A stretch of 64,000 nt of DNA, taken from positions 75,702,001 through 75,766,000 of the forward strand of contig OZ024741.1 in assembly GCA_964016885.1 (NCBI GenBank). The letters run 5' to 3'. How positions within the stretch are numbered: position 1 is the stretch's first letter; every line of letters begins with the position of its first letter. The DNA is from Eledone cirrhosa. Its lineage: Eukaryota. Position numbers and translations under genes: made by a program. The notes beneath the pieces were generated by a model, which did not search any database, was not told the DNA's origin, and worked only from the letters and a program-made list of their open reading frames with translations. This document shows positions 63,408-64,000 of this stretch, one piece after another.

Positions 63408-64000
63408 ATGCGCATGAAAGACGACAGCTGTATAACAAAGTGCAGGGCAATAAAGATAGACGGTAGCCACGGAGTAGGCAGACCCAGAAAAACCTGGGAC
63501 GACATGATAAATTCCGACCTCACACGCTTACACCTCTCCAAGACAATGTCACTGGACCGAGACCTTTGGCGGTACTCAGTAATAGAGAAGACCCGCCTTA
63601 CCTAAATACAAAGTAAAACCTACTACAGTCAGTAGGCATCTCTAACAAAACACACCCCCGTCCCACCACCCCCACCACATCCACACCGCCCCTTTCAATG
63701 TAAAGTTATGTTAGTGCCACAACATATCCAGGCCGAAACAAATGAGATCGTGTAGGTGTCACGACAAAAAAACACACAGTCCACGCTGTAATGTGGCAGT
63801 GTAAGCAACACGGTAAAAACCTCCCAGCCCCACACTGTAAATGTGGTTGTTGTTAGGAAGGGCATCCAGCTGTAGAAAACCCGCCAGACAGTCCACGCTG
63901 TAATGTGGCCATGTAGGCAACACGGTAAAAACCTCCCAGCCCCACACTGTAAATGTGGTTGGTGTTAGGAAGGGCATCCAGCTGTAGAAAACCCGCCAGA
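63408..64000 (+). mobile_element. RTE-A 3' fragment running off the right window edge
   Basis: ORF 63408-63605 is identical to the C-terminus of 30081-30452. Starts in (TA)n. The 3' UTR has an internal duplication. Confidence 0.95.

Overview
AT-rich, microsatellite-laden eukaryotic DNA made almost entirely of transposable-element remnants. No host protein-coding exon could be supported. The repeat repertoire suggests a mollusc, probably an Octopus-like cephalopod (inference). The dominant element is a young RTE-clade LINE present as 8 copies or fragments. One is near full length (9752-13695) with a single in-frame stop. It carries a PHD-type C4HC3 zinc finger inside the RT domain, ends in (GAT)n and sits in (TA)n tracts. 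Also present are older RTEs, an RTE with a twin-priming-type inversion, CR1, R4/Dong-like and CRE-like LINEs, tRNA-derived SINEs, and mariner, hAT, piggyBac-like and Helitron remnants. Several Penelope-like (PLE) pieces occur, two with Naiad-type GIY-YIG coding remnants. The most notable signal is six type I hammerhead ribozyme motifs from four different families. They have palindromic stem III loops and mostly non-canonical closing pairs on stem II, and two families occur as sense/antisense fold-back pairs. One sits in an ORF-less 517-bp terminally redundant, retrozyme-like unit. Fold-back inverted duplications recur at the 5' junctions of PLE, RTE and R4-like inserts. Boundaries of degenerate elements were read by eye and are approximate.
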